64,000 nucleotides of DNA from Eubacteriales bacterium. GTDB lineage: Bacteria; Bacillota; Clostridia; Oscillospirales; CAG-272. Positions 1 through 9,805 of the stretch are shown here, in pieces; within the stretch, counting starts at the first letter, position 1; each line of letters starts with the position of its first letter. Position numbers and translations under genes: made by a program. Under the pieces are notes generated by a model. The model ran no database searches, was not told the DNA's origin, and was given only the letters and a program-made list of their open reading frames with translations. The stretch covers positions 6,059 to 70,058 of the forward strand of contig JAZQYP010000016.1 of NCBI GenBank assembly GCA_045633625.1. The letters run 5' to 3'.

Positions 1-3000
1 ACTTGAGGTATCCTGAATTGCCACACCAAAGGTGAGGTATTTGTACTGCTTTTCACTGATGTGCGGCCACAGGCTCTTAATAAAGCTCCACTTTATAGCG
101 ACCTCGTAGGTAGTCACGTCAGTCTCGTCGTCGTGAACTACCTTACGTGCCTTTGTGGCGATATTTGCATCATAATATTCACCCGACACCATCTGACCGA
201 AGAAGTCGACCTGACAGTCCTGACACTCAAACCAATCCTCTCCCGAAACGCCGCTACCCGCAAGATTTCCGTCAAAGAAGCGGAACGCGATAGTAGAGGC
301 AATTCCCTCGGGCTCGGGAGTATTATACATACCGCCGATATAGAAGCAGAACTGATCGCCTCTCTTGAGGTTAGACGCATACGTACCAAAGGGCACGTGG
401 TCGGGATCGTATATCTCCGCCGCAAGATAAATGCACTCATCGTCGTAGTAAACGTAATAATTAGCCCACTCAACAGCCCACGTGCCGCCCGTTGATGCGT
501 TGAGAGCTCCGTATTCGCTCATATCGGTATATTTGCCGTTGTAATATTCGTAATCGCTTACAACACCGTCTATTACGGGAGCTACATCCGCTTTTTGATC
601 GATGCAGAACACCTGTTGTCCTACAGCCTCAAGAAAACGTGCGTCGATTCTGCCAAGAGTTGCGGGAAGGGGCGCGGGTGCGGGAGGGGTTACGTTCCAC
701 GCCGCATCAAGAACCTCAAGTCTATTCTTAAGACTTCTCTTGAGGAAGTCGATATTCTTGACTGAAAGCTCGTCGCCGATCTGTACGTACTTGTTGTAGT
801 AGTTCTGATTCATCGATCCGCCGATCTTGTCGGGATCGCTGTACCAACGCTCCTGATTGAGTGCCACCGACTCGTCCATCGTATCGGCAAGCTCGTCAAA
901 GCCCTCAAGGAACTCAACAACCAGAGGACGCATATAGTTCTCGTATCTATCGATAGCGAGTGCCTTGAACTCAGGCACGTTCATCATACCTCTGAAGAAT
1001 ATATTCGAGAAATACATTCTGTCGGAGACCTCGAAGTGAAGGTTGGGAACTCCCTGCCACGGTACTCCGAGCGAGTAATCGTAATCCCAGACGGGGCCGA
1101 AGGAGAGCTTTCCGTTCTCGGCAGGATTATCCGAGGTGTTAGTGAAGTACATATTGAAGGACTTGAAGTGATGATCGTCCTCGTCCATTATCTGATCGAC
1201 AAGGAGATAATCGATAAGGGAGTTGATATTGACCTCCTGCTTAAGGTAATCAACGTCGCCCGTTGCGAGTGCATCGAGAAGGTCTATCATATACTCGCGA
1301 AGCTGCTCGCGGTAGCTTATGAACTGAGCCTCGGAGACAAACGCGCTCGCCTCGGGGTACTTAAGCTCGATTATCATATAATCTTCTTCGTACTGGTCAC
1401 CCTCGTACTCGGGGATCGGGATCTTTATATAGGTAAGATCCTCGGCTGCGCCCTCATCACCTGTGCAACTCTGATCCATCGCGATGAGGAAGTTGAAGTC
1501 CTTAAGATCTACCATATCCTCGGTGATCTCGTCAAGCTCGTTTCCGACACGACCCTCATTCTCCTGTACCTGCTCGCAGAGGGTATAAAGTCCGTCAAAT
1601 CTTCCGTTGAGGTATACGTTTACCTTTATGGGAGTGGGGTTAAAGCCCATTCCGGGCATATCGTTCGCAAGTGTGAACGCCGTATAATTGTGAAGCGCCG
1701 AGGGGTCAAGATACTCGGCAAGAAGCACCCAGCTCTTTGCCTTCTCAAGACCGAAGAGCTCCTGCTTCTTATCAAATTTTATTCTGTACGGCTTCTTAGG
1801 ATAACCCATCGTAGAGTTGCCGCGAAGTCTTATGCCGCCCGTGATGTCGACAAGCTCCTCATATTCTCCGCAGTTTATAATGCTGAACACCGTTCCCTCG
1901 ACGTAGTCCTCCTTCGAGGTAATAGCCGCACCGTGTGTATCAATGGTGACTATAGGAAGCTCGTAGGTCGCGTAATCGCTGTAAACGATTATCTCTTTAT
2001 CCTCGGTTACGTTCTCAAGAGCAATAGTCGTACCCTCGTATCTCACTCCGTTGACCGTATAATGCGAGATCTTGTATCCAAGCTCTGCAGAGAAGCTCAC
2101 AGGGGACATATTGGGTGCGTGCGAGGAAAGATACTGTACTGTTTTTCCGCTGAAGCTGACCACACCCTCATCGTCCGCTTTGATGCTTACCTTATAATAA
2201 TCGTCACTTGAGCCGAAGGATATGATGTGGGGATATCCGTGTGAGGGGTAATTGTAGGGAGTGATGTGCTCCTTGATCTCATCATCGTAGCAGCCCCATA
2301 CGAATGCTCCGCCATCCTTTGCGTTTGCATAATGTGAAACGTTGATCAAAAGCTCGTCGATCATATCGCATCCAAGCGCTTCACATATAGTCTCGCGGCT
2401 GATAGCTACCTCTATGACGGTCTCCCCCGTTGCGCTATCCTTCTTTTTTGACGTACCGGCAACGTAATCGTCTATCGTGCCTGCTCCATTAAGAAGCTCA
2501 GGGCCGTCATTTGCAGGCAAGAAGAACATAATGTAATCCTCGGTGTTATCGGAGCTGACGTAGATAAACATTCCCTCCTGCCAATTGACGATATCGGTGT
2601 CATCCGTCTTCGTTGCGACGTAAATGCAGGACTCATCAGCACTCATATAGAACTCGGCACAGGTCGCATCAAGTATCTTATCGGGATTTACAAGATACGT
2701 GCCCTTGTTCTCCCCGTCAAGCTCTGCCTTAGCGCTTCTTTCGTACTCACCGTTACTTATCGTTCCGTCCATAACGGGAGCATAATTTATTACGTCAAGC
2801 TTTATTTGCTGCTGACCGTAATATCCGAGCATAAAGAGATCAAGCTGATCGGGGCTCGGCTTCCACGCGCCATCAAGAACCCTTACTCTGTTCTCAAGGC
2901 TGCGCTTGAGGAAGTCAACGTTCTTTGTCGAGAGCTCGTTTCCAACCTCAACAAACTTTGCGTAGAAGTTGGCATCCATAGCACCGCCGATCTTATCGGG

Positions 3001-6000
3001 ATCGCTGTACCAAAGCTCCTGATTGAGCGCTATCGACTCATCGATCGAGTCAGCAATATCATCATAATTTTCAATGAACTCAAGAAGTGCGGGGCGCATA
3101 TATTCGTAATATCTGTACTGCGCCATTTCCTCAAACTCGTCAATATTCATCATTCCCCAGAAGAAGATGTTGGAGAAATACATTCTGTCGGAGACCTCGA
3201 AGTGAAGGTTGGGTACTCCCTGCCACGGTACTCCGAGCGAGTAATCGTAATCCCAGACGGGACCGAAGGAAAGCTTTCCGTTCTCAGCCTCATTCTCGGA
3301 GGTGTTGGTGAAGTACATATTAAAGGACTTGAAGTGATGATCGTCCTCGTCCATTACCTGGTCAACTATGAGGTAGTCGATAAGCGACTCTATGTTAAGC
3401 TCTGCCTCAAGATATTCCTTATCTCCCTCAGCAAGCGCATCAAGAAGATCGGTCATATACTCGCGAAGCTGCTCGCGGAAGCTTATGAACTGCGCCTCGG
3501 ATACAAAGGCATCCTTCTCGGGATACTTAAGCTCGATTATCATATAATCTCTCTTAAGCGTCTCGCCGTACTCGGGGATCGGGATCTTTATGTAATGCTC
3601 ATCCTCTTTAGCTCCGGGATCGCTCGCCGTACTCAGATCCATTGCGATAAGGAAGTTGAAGTCCTTGAGATCTACCATATCTTCGGTGATCTCCTCAAGC
3701 TCGTTGCCGACTCTTCCTTCATTCTCCTGAACCTGCTCGCAAAGCGTGTAAAGTCCCTGATACTCTCCGTTGAGGTATACGTTTACCTTGTAAGGAGTGG
3801 GGTTGAAGCCCATACCCGGCATTTCGTTCGCGAGTGTGAACGCCGTGTAATTGTGAAGTGCCGAGGGGTCAAGATACTCGGCGAGGAGCACCCAGCTCTT
3901 TGCCTTCTCAAGACCGAAGAAGGACTGCTTCTTATCAAATTTTATTCTGTAGGGCTTCTTGGGATAGGACATCGTAGAGTTACCGCGAAGTCTGATGCCA
4001 CCCGTAACTGCCTCAAGCTCGCCCTCACAGTTGATAAGATCGAAGGTCATATCAACGTAATCCTCTTTGTTAAGGATGGGCGCGCCGTTGGTATCAATAT
4101 TGATTATCGGGAGCTCGTAGGTCGCGTAATCTGCGTGGAGGATTATCTCTGTATCCTCGGTGATATTCTCAAGAGCTACCGTCGAGCCCTCGTATCTTAC
4201 GCCGTTTACAGTATAATGCGAATAAACGTAGCCAAGATTTGCAGACACGGTGACAGGAGTCATCGCAGGGCTCGTTGAGAGAACGAGCTGCGACGTACTT
4301 CCGCTTACCGTAAGCGCATTCTCCATATTCGTGCTTATCTCTATGCGGTAGATCTCCGTTGAGGGATCGACCTCGGGCTCTATTCCCGTGCGCTCATACT
4401 TATAGAGCTCGTATTCATCCTTCGTGCCAAGATAGAACATATGAGGAACAGCCTTTTCGCCCTGTGCGCCAAAGAATGCCGTGCTACCGTACTCTGAGAA
4501 GAGCACGTCGTATGCCGCAGTTGCCTGCTGACCCGTCACAGCCCACTGTCTTATAGCTGTTCTGTGTCCTATGCCGTCGGGGGTCAGCTCGCTTGAGGTA
4601 TCCTGAATGTGTGCGCCGAAGGTCAAAAGCTTATACTGCTTATCGACGTCATTCCATACGTCGTCGAATGCCGACCACTTGATCGCCGCCTCGTAGGTAG
4701 TAACGCCCGTGCTGGCATTGTGCTCTGCCGAGTACGATTTTACAAAGTCACTGCCGTTATAATAGAAGTTAGGCGTCACGAGTGTGCCGAATACGTCCTT
4801 GCGGCTGTCCTGGATCTCGAAGAAGTCACCCGAAGCGCCCGCGACGTTTCCGTCAAAGAATCTGAAATCGATGGTAGAGGCTATACCCGTGGGCCAAGCC
4901 GTGTCCATAAGTCCGCCAATCGAGAAGCAGAACTGATCGCCTCTCTTGAGATTTGCCGCCCACTGACCGTAGGTAGTATGGTCTCTGTCCTTTACCTCTG
5001 CCGCAATGTAGAGGCACTCGTCATCATAGGAGATATAGTAATTTGCCCACTCGACACCCCAAGTGCCGCCTGTGGATATATTATATCCGCCGTATTCGCC
5101 CATCGTCGTCTCGACCTTAAGAGAATACTCGTTATCGCCCACTGTGCCGTTAGCAATCGGCGCCGATGCTGTGGGAGCGTCTATACAGAAAACCTTCTGT
5201 CCGAATTCCTTAAGGAAGCGCGAATCGTGCTCAGGCTCAGGCTTTGCCTCACCGCCAAGGTAAAATACGTTGTAGCCTATATTTGCATAGTTCTCGCGCG
5301 GGAAGCAGGTGGAGTTCTTGTCTCCGTAAACGGTCACGGGGATCTGTGTGTGAGTTCCGACGGGAACGGAGAGTATGATCGCTCTCACGCCAAGCACATC
5401 AAAATCCTCTATTCCCACGAACTCGCAAAGAGCATCGCGGCTTATCTTAAGCTCGATATAATTTATGTTTCTTGTATCGTCATCCCACCAAGCACGCGCC
5501 GAATCAACGACTACACTGCTTGCATTCAGCGTTGTCTTGCTCGCGCCAAGCCCCGAGTAGCCCGTCACGCTTATATTCTGCACGGGATATTCGGTGTTAT
5601 CGCTTTCCCCGTTCCTTCTTGAGAAGGTGGTGTCAAGCGTTATCTGTCTGCCTGTTACGGCACCCGGGCAAAGATCAAAGAGAACGTTAGAAGTATAGCC
5701 CGTTCTCTCGGCATACGCGAGGTATATGTAATCTGCGTCATAGCTTACGTTGATACGTGACCAGATCGTAACAGAATCATTGTGAGGGACCTCAACGTAA
5801 AGCTCGCCCTCTACCTGTGTATTTCTATCATAAGACATTGATGAGAACCAGTACTCGTCCGCACCTATAATTCCGTCTATCACGGGAGCAGGAGGATAGG
5901 TCTCGGGCTCTGTGTCAGGCTCAGGCTCGGTTTCAGGAGGAGGAGTTGCGCCTCCACCGCCGCCGCCACCGACAGCACCACCACCGCCGCCGACAGCACC

Positions 6001-6345
6001 GCCTCCGCCTATAGGCTCGGTTTCAGTTTCTGTTTCAGTCTCTGACTCGGTTTCGGTCTCTGACTCGGTTTCGGTCTCCGATTCGGTCTCAGTCTCAGAT
6101 TCGGTCTCGGTCTCCGATTCGGTCTCGGTCTCGCTCTCTGTCTCAGTTTCGGTCTCGGATTCCGTTTCACTTTCGGTTTCACTTTCCGTTTCTGTGTCAG
6201 GCTCCGATTCAGTATCCGAAACGATCGGTTCGGTGTCGCTGATTTGGGGCACGTCGGTCTCATTATCCTTTCCGATAACGGTACAGGAAACAAGGGCGAC
6301 GAAGAGCACGAGCATAAGTGCTACAAAAATACTGAATTTTTTCAT
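1..6345 (-). CDS. Giant secreted lipoprotein, partial (>2115 aa; C-terminus lies beyond position 1), with two CotH kinase-like domains and several CBM9/DOMON-like modules
   Basis: It is absent from the ORF track because it runs off the window. The minus-strand ATG at 6345-6343 is preceded by AAGGAG (rc of 6351-6356). The N-terminus MKKFSIFVALMLVLFVALVSC is a signal peptide with a lipobox. No complete minus-strand ORF is listed in this frame, so no stop occurs before position 1. My translation gives RLRGNSTMGYPKKPYRIKFD (rc 1771-1830), RLRGNSTMSYPKKPYRIKFD (rc 3934-3993) and FGPVWDYDYSLG twice (rc 1066-1101 and ~3232-3267). These are CotH-family signatures. The long + strand ORFs here are antisense shadows. 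Confidence 0.8.
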   Translation of the reverse strand, partial: MKKFSIFVALMLVLFVALVSCTVIGKDNETDVPQISDTEPIVSDTESEPDTETESETESETESETETETESETETESETETESETETESETETESETETESETETETETEPIGGGGAVGGGGGAVGGGGGGGATPPPETEPEPDTEPETYPPAPVIDGIIGADEYWFSSMSYDRNTQVEGELYVEVPHNDSVTIWSRINVSYDADYIYLAYAERTGYTSNVLFDLCPGAVTGRQITLDTTFSRRNGESDNTEYPVQNISVTGYSGLGASKTTLNASSVVVDSARAWWDDDTRNINYIELKISRDALCEFVGIEDFDVLGVRAIILSVPVGTHTQIPVTVYGDKNSTCFPRENYANIGYNVFYLGGEAKPEPEHDSRFLKEFGQKVFCIDAPTASAPIANGTVGDNEYSLKVETTMGEYGGYNISTGGTWGVEWANYYISYDDECLYIAAEVKDRDHTTYGQWAANLKRGDQFCFSIGGLMDTAWPTGIASTIDFRFFDGNVAGASGDFFEIQDSRKDVFGTLVTPNFYYNGSDFVKSYSAEHNASTGVTTYEAAIKWSAFDDVWNDVDKQYKLLTFGAHIQDTSSELTPDGIGHRTAIRQWAVTGQQATAAYDVLFSEYGSTAFFGAQGEKAVPHMFYLGTKDEYELYKYERTGIEPEVDPSTEIYRIEISTNMENALTVSGSTSQLVLSTSPAMTPVTVSANLGYVYSHYTVNGVRYEGSTVALENITEDTEIILHADYATYELPIINIDTNGAPILNKEDYVDMTFDLINCEGELEAVTGGIRLRGNSTMSYPKKPYRIKFDKKQSFFGLEKAKSWVLLAEYLDPSALHNYTAFTLANEMPGMGFNPTPYKVNVYLNGEYQGLYTLCEQVQENEGRVGNELEEITEDMVDLKDFNFLIAMDLSTASDPGAKEDEHYIKIPIPEYGETLKRDYMIIELKYPEKDAFVSEAQFISFREQLREYMTDLLDALAEGDKEYLEAELNIESLIDYLIVDQVMDEDDHHFKSFNMYFTNTSENEAENGKLSFGPVWDYDYSLGVPWQGVPNLHFEVSDRMYFSNIFFWGMMNIDEFEEMAQYRYYEYMRPALLEFIENYDDIADSIDESIALNQELWYSDPDKIGGAMDANFYAKFVEVGNELSTKNVDFLKRSLENRVRVLDGAWKPSPDQLDLFMLGYYGQQQIKLDVINYAPVMDGTISNGEYERSAKAELDGENKGTYLVNPDKILDATCAEFYMSADESCIYVATKTDDTDIVNWQEGMFIYVSSDNTEDYIMFFLPANDGPELLNGAGTIDDYVAGTSKKKDSATGETVIEVAISRETICEALGCDMIDELLINVSHYANAKDGGAFVWGCYDDEIKEHITPYNYPSHGYPHIISFGSSDDYYKVSIKADDEGVVSFSGKTVQYLSSHAPNMSPVSFSAELGYKISHYTVNGVRYEGTTIALENVTEDKEIIVYSDYATYELPIVTIDTHGAAITSKEDYVEGTVFSIINCGEYEELVDITGGIRLRGNSTMGYPKKPYRIKFDKKQELFGLEKAKSWVLLAEYLDPSALHNYTAFTLANDMPGMGFNPTPIKVNVYLNGRFDGLYTLCEQVQENEGRVGNELDEITEDMVDLKDFNFLIAMDQSCTGDEGAAEDLTYIKIPIPEYEGDQYEEDYMIIELKYPEASAFVSEAQFISYREQLREYMIDLLDALATGDVDYLKQEVNINSLIDYLLVDQIMDEDDHHFKSFNMYFTNTSDNPAENGKLSFGPVWDYDYSLGVPWQGVPNLHFEVSDRMYFSNIFFRGMMNVPEFKALAIDRYENYMRPLVVEFLEGFDELADTMDESVALNQERWYSDPDKIGGSMNQNYYNKYVQIGDELSVKNIDFLKRSLKNRLEVLDAAWNVTPPAPAPLPATLGRIDARFLEAVGQQVFCIDQKADVAPVIDGVVSDYEYYNGKYTDMSEYGALNASTGGTWAVEWANYYVYYDDECIYLAAEIYDPDHVPFGTYASNLKRGDQFCFYIGGMYNTPEPEGIASTIAFRFFDGNLAGSGVSGEDWFECQDCQVDFFGQMVSGEYYDANIATKARKVVHDDETDVTTYEVAIKWSFIKSLWPHISEKQYKYLTFGVAIQDTSS
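690..4260 (-). repeat. Intragenic duplication of the CotH-containing module (~690-2100 vs ~2860-4260, period ~2163-2166 nt)
   Basis: Long near-identical stretches match by eye. For example, cattctgtcggagacctcgaagtgaaggttggg.actccctgccacggtactccgagcgagtaatcgtaatcccagacggg occurs at 1015 and 3181. A second, weaker pair is 1-600 vs 4591-5200. Confidence 0.8.
5925..6215 (-). repeat. Low-complexity coding repeats: (T/S-E)n acidic tract followed by Gly and Pro runs
   Basis: On the + strand there are periodic ggtctc/ggtttc/gactcg units with 6/12/18-nt periodicity. They translate on the minus strand to ...TETESETESETESETETETESETE... and then GGGGAVGGGGGAVGGGGGGGATPPP. Confidence 0.85.
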
Positions 6346-6403
6346 TTTTTCTCCTTTCGGTGCATTCGTGCGTAAATTCTTCTGTCACGAGGATTTGTCT
6401 ATT

Positions 6404-7318
6404 TTAGAAGGCGGCCTTTCTTTTTGCCACTGCGTTATCTCTGAAGAGGGTCGGTGTATATCCCGTATACGTCTCAAATTTTCTACTGAAATGCTGTATC
6501 GTCTTAAAGCCGCACCGTCCCGCAATGTCCTTGACGGGCAGACTTGTAAACTCAAGATGCTTTTTAGCAACGGTTATTCTGTACTGCCACAAATACTCGA
6601 TCGGCGTCCTTCCAAGCTCCTGCTTGAAAAGCTGTGTAAGCGTCGAATGATTCATTGCCGCGGCCTTTATTATATGCTCAAGCGTGATGTTCTCGTGATA
6701 ATGGCTCTCTATATAGAGAACGGCGTTCTTAAGATGCGGATTTTTCACCTTGTTTACCGCAGTGCCCGATCCGCCTCCCCCGATTATGCCGTATGCCCTC
6801 TCAAGCATTAAGATCATTTCCATAAAGTACGATCGGCTTCTGCACGACCAATAAAAGTCGCGCTGATCGAAAAGCTCGTTTTCAAGATTTGAAAAGAGTC
6901 TGCGCAAATTAGCCATATGCTCCTCAAACAAAGGGAAAACGTATCTGCTCTCATCTGTAAAGGGTCTGAGCAAAAACATATCGTGGTTTATCGCAACCTC
7001 CTCATACGTCTCGCTGTGTACTCGATCGAAGGTCATATTTATATTGAGAAACGTCGGATGAAAATATATTGCGTCACATTTGAGATCGCGCTTTAAGACA
7101 AGTCTTGCCTCTTCCTTTTCGTCAAAGCATACGAGGCACGGAGATACAGCCTCAAAGGAGGCGTCTCCCACCTCAAAATATGCGCTTCCCTCATAGACTA
7201 TTAAGAGCAAAAAGCAGTTGTTTTTTATTTTGAGATCCCCAAGCGTGTCGTTTTTCACGCATTGGATCGCGGCAATCTTTCCGACGTCGTATTCACGTCC
7301 TATTGTCTGCGGTATCAT
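6404..7318 (-). CDS. AraC family transcriptional regulator (cupin-like N-terminus, AraC HTH C-terminus)
   Basis: This is a 304-aa ORF. Its C-terminal HTH region reads LEHIIKAAAMNHSTLTQLFKQELGRTPIEYLWQYRITVAKKHL...IQHFSRKFETYTGYTPTLFR. It ends 58 nt upstream of the giant lipoprotein gene on the same strand. Confidence 0.85.
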   Translation of the reverse strand: MIPQTIGREYDVGKIAAIQCVKNDTLGDLKIKNNCFLLLIVYEGSAYFEVGDASFEAVSPCLVCFDEKEEARLVLKRDLKCDAIYFHPTFLNINMTFDRVHSETYEEVAINHDMFLLRPFTDESRYVFPLFEEHMANLRRLFSNLENELFDQRDFYWSCRSRSYFMEMILMLERAYGIIGGGGSGTAVNKVKNPHLKNAVLYIESHYHENITLEHIIKAAAMNHSTLTQLFKQELGRTPIEYLWQYRITVAKKHLEFTSLPVKDIAGRCGFKTIQHFSRKFETYTGYTPTLFRDNAVAKRKAAF

Positions 7319-7594
7319 TGTTTCACCTTTTCTGAACGTTTTTTGAAAATAAGATGATAATAAAATTATAAATTATATCTTAGTTTCGTTCAAGTGACTT
7401 TTCAGCAAAACTTAAACACAGATAAAACTTACTTATAATCAGATAAACCGCTGTAATTTCATTCTACCATATAATTATAGGTTTGTAAAGAAAAAATCTT
7501 CCGCACGGCGAAGGAATTTCGATTCTGCCGCAACTCCGCAAAAGCGTAAAAGGTTTTCTCGGTAAATCAAATTTCTTCAAGCATTTCAGAAAAC

Positions 7595-7622
7595 AACAAA
7601 AAAGAGGAGCACGGTGCTCCTC
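7595..7622 (-). terminator. Rho-independent terminator downstream of 7643..8167
   Basis: The hairpin is GAGGAGCAC / GTGCTCCTC, followed on the minus strand by a T-run (+ strand aacaaaaaa at 7595-7603). Confidence 0.6.
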
Positions 7623-7642
7623 TTCTCGTATTTTATTCACGG

Positions 7643-8167
7643 TCACTTCAAAAACTTAAATCTTTTTCTTAGCTTAAAAATATACAACGTAACAACTCGC
7701 GTCAGGGCTATATCATAAAGCACGAGTGTAAGCTCTGCGAGCGCGATGAAAGCGATCTCAAAGCCGATAGTTGTCGCCTCGGCAACAAAGAGCCATTTTG
7801 ATGCCGTAACCGTCGCAAATATCGCCACGTTAAAGATAACTATCTTTATGACCCACGCAAGCCATCTCTTAAGATGCCTTTCAAGCTTTTCCTTTATTAT
7901 CGGGTAAAAGCCAAAGAAAACGGCATACATAAATGCGGGCATCTTGTAGGGCAAAAGCACAAGGGACAGCACCGACGTCACGGAATAAACGAGCCACGGC
8001 GCACTCCCGCCGAGCTCAATTACCGCCACGATGCACAAAAGCGACGCAATGACCGCCGCCGAGATATCAAGCACCTCGATGACAGAGCCCACGTAAAGCA
8101 AAGCTACCGACAGTGCCGCAAGCATCGAGAGCACCGCCATTCTTTTTGTGTTATTTTTTCTTGCCAT
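7643..8167 (-). CDS. Multi-pass membrane protein of unknown function
   Basis: This 174-aa ORF has about 5 hydrophobic segments. Its start lies 5 nt after the stop of the J-domain gene, so it is the last gene of a tightly packed three-gene operon. Confidence 0.7.
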   Translation of the reverse strand: MARKNNTKRMAVLSMLAALSVALLYVGSVIEVLDISAAVIASLLCIVAVIELGGSAPWLVYSVTSVLSLVLLPYKMPAFMYAVFFGFYPIIKEKLERHLKRWLAWVIKIVIFNVAIFATVTASKWLFVAEATTIGFEIAFIALAELTLVLYDIALTRVVTLYIFKLRKRFKFLK

Positions 8168-8172
8168 AGCGA

Positions 8173-8781
8173 TCAGATACAGTCACAAAGGCAGTCAAGG
8201 CACATAAGTCCCGCGCATATATCGCACATTGAGCAGCCACCTACGTTTGAGGTGTTATACCCCTGTCCGTAGCCCCCCGCTCTTGCGCGAAGCCTTTGCT
8301 GTGCCGCGCGGTATTCATTGTTGTAGGGGTCCATTGAGCACGCCGCGTCGAAAAATCTCTGCGCATCAACGTAAAATCCACGCTTTACCGAGATACAACC
8401 CTTAAGGAAGTACCACTCGGCATTTCTATCACCCTCGTGCATAGAATTGAGGATGTTTTCCGCCGCCGCATCGTTACCGCTATTGATAAGTCTACGCACC
8501 TCGGCAAATCGCGGATTTCCGCTGGCAGAGGTGTTACCCGCATAGGACTGCGAGTGACTGTAGCTTCCGCTATTGCCGTGAGATGCACCAGACGAGCGCA
8601 TCTTGTTTATTTCCTCGTAAGCGGCGTTTACTTCCTTCATCTTCTCGCTCGCGAGGTCGGCAAGGTCGCTATCACGGTATTTGTCGGGGTGATATTTGCG
8701 CGCAAGCTCGCGATACGCCTTTTTTATCTCTTCGTCAGAGGCGTCGGGCGAGACGCCAAGTGTCTTATAAGGGTCAGTCAT
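8173..8781 (-). CDS. J-domain protein with TPR-like middle region and Cys-rich C-terminal tail
   Basis: The N-terminus [33 protein letters not shown] contains the HPD J-domain motif. The C-terminus [22 protein letters not shown] has 7 Cys in the last 22 residues. The start overlaps the upstream stop (ATGA at 8778-8781). Confidence 0.85.
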   Translation of the reverse strand: MTDPYKTLGVSPDASDEEIKKAYRELARKYHPDKYRDSDLADLASEKMKEVNAAYEEINKMRSSGASHGNSGSYSHSQSYAGNTSASGNPRFAEVRRLINSGNDAAAENILNSMHEGDRNAEWYFLKGCISVKRGFYVDAQRFFDAACSMDPYNNEYRAAQQRLRARAGGYGQGYNTSNVGGCSMCDICAGLMCLDCLCDCI

Positions 8782-9665
8782 CTATCAATACCTTCCTTGC
8801 ATCGTTTTAGGACTATTGTCTCTATCTTTTTGGGCATACCCAGATACAGTATGTTAAATAATATGCTCTTCACCGTGTCAAACTCCTCGAAATCAACAAG
8901 CTCGAGTGCCATCTCTGCACGCATCAGCTCGTTTTTGAGTGCCGCAGATACGTCAAGGAGCTGCTCTGACGTTGGTATCTCCCCGCCGTATATCTCGATG
9001 AGAGGATTATAATTTTTCGTCTTTATATCGCTCTCCATATCATCGAGCGCGTCGGCAATATATATCCATTTTCCAACGCTTCTACCGATGTTTTCTGCAA
9101 TTTTCTTCTCATTTCCCTCAAGTCCCAAGGAAACGGTGTCGGCAAGCAGCTCGCCGAATATCTCGGCAGGCACATCGACACTTGCGACTCTCTCTTTTTC
9201 AAGGGATGCAAGGCGCAAAAGGTGCTCGGCAATGCGTGCGTCAAGCCCCGAAAGCCTTGCGTCACGCCTTATAGCTCTGTTGCGGGATACTGCGGCAAAG
9301 GGCAAGACGAAGATTTTTGTGAGCGTTCTCTTTATAAATCCGCTGTCGGCAATATCGTCCTTTACCTTGTGATAGGTAAGCAGAGCCGACACGCGAGCCG
9401 AGAAGTCGAGTGCTTCGCCTCTTTTCATCATATTTCTTTTTTTGAGGGGGTGAGCAAGACACCTTCTTTGCTCGAACTCGGTTTTTTCGCGAAGCAGAGC
9501 TATGCGGATAAGACTGAGCAGCAGAACGTCGTAGCTCAGCGTCATTCGAGAGCACTGCCCTGTGCATTTGCCCATAGCGCGACAAAGACCGCAATACGTT
9601 CCCTTATAATATTCGTGCTCACGCACGCGAAGCTCTCCCGCGTCCGCTCTTACGTAACCGAACAT
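8778..9665 (-). CDS. DUF5685-like protein
   Basis: The N-terminus [46 protein letters not shown] matches my recollection of the DUF5685 N-terminal pattern. I prefer the ATG at 9665, which is preceded by GGAGG, over the listed GTG at 9677. Confidence 0.7.
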   Translation of the reverse strand: MFGYVRADAGELRVREHEYYKGTYCGLCRAMGKCTGQCSRMTLSYDVLLLSLIRIALLREKTEFEQRRCLAHPLKKRNMMKRGEALDFSARVSALLTYHKVKDDIADSGFIKRTLTKIFVLPFAAVSRNRAIRRDARLSGLDARIAEHLLRLASLEKERVASVDVPAEIFGELLADTVSLGLEGNEKKIAENIGRSVGKWIYIADALDDMESDIKTKNYNPLIEIYGGEIPTSEQLLDVSAALKNELMRAEMALELVDFEEFDTVKSILFNILYLGMPKKIETIVLKRCKEGIDR

Positions 9666-9805
9666 AGCGCCCTCCACACAATTTTATATCTTATGATACC
9701 GCATTTTAATAAATTGATAATGTACTATTTGTAAATAATTTAATAAATACTCTTGAATTCTTTTTTACGGGTGCTATAATTATAGTGTCAAAACGGAGGT
9801 GCGAT

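Noticed and set aside
5990-6215. Regular short repeats that superficially resemble a CRISPR-like or minisatellite array
   Set aside because: The period is only 6-18 nt with no unique spacers. The tract lies in frame inside the lipoprotein gene and encodes a (T/S-E)n linker.
1036-6811. Large + strand ORFs (1036..2211, 2806..4278, 4609..5622, 5912..6811) offered by the track
   Set aside because: Their translations are Leu/Val/Ile/Arg-rich antisense shadows. The real gene is the uninterrupted minus-strand lipoprotein ORF from 6345 to the window edge. ORF 5912..6811 also runs antisense through the AraC gene.
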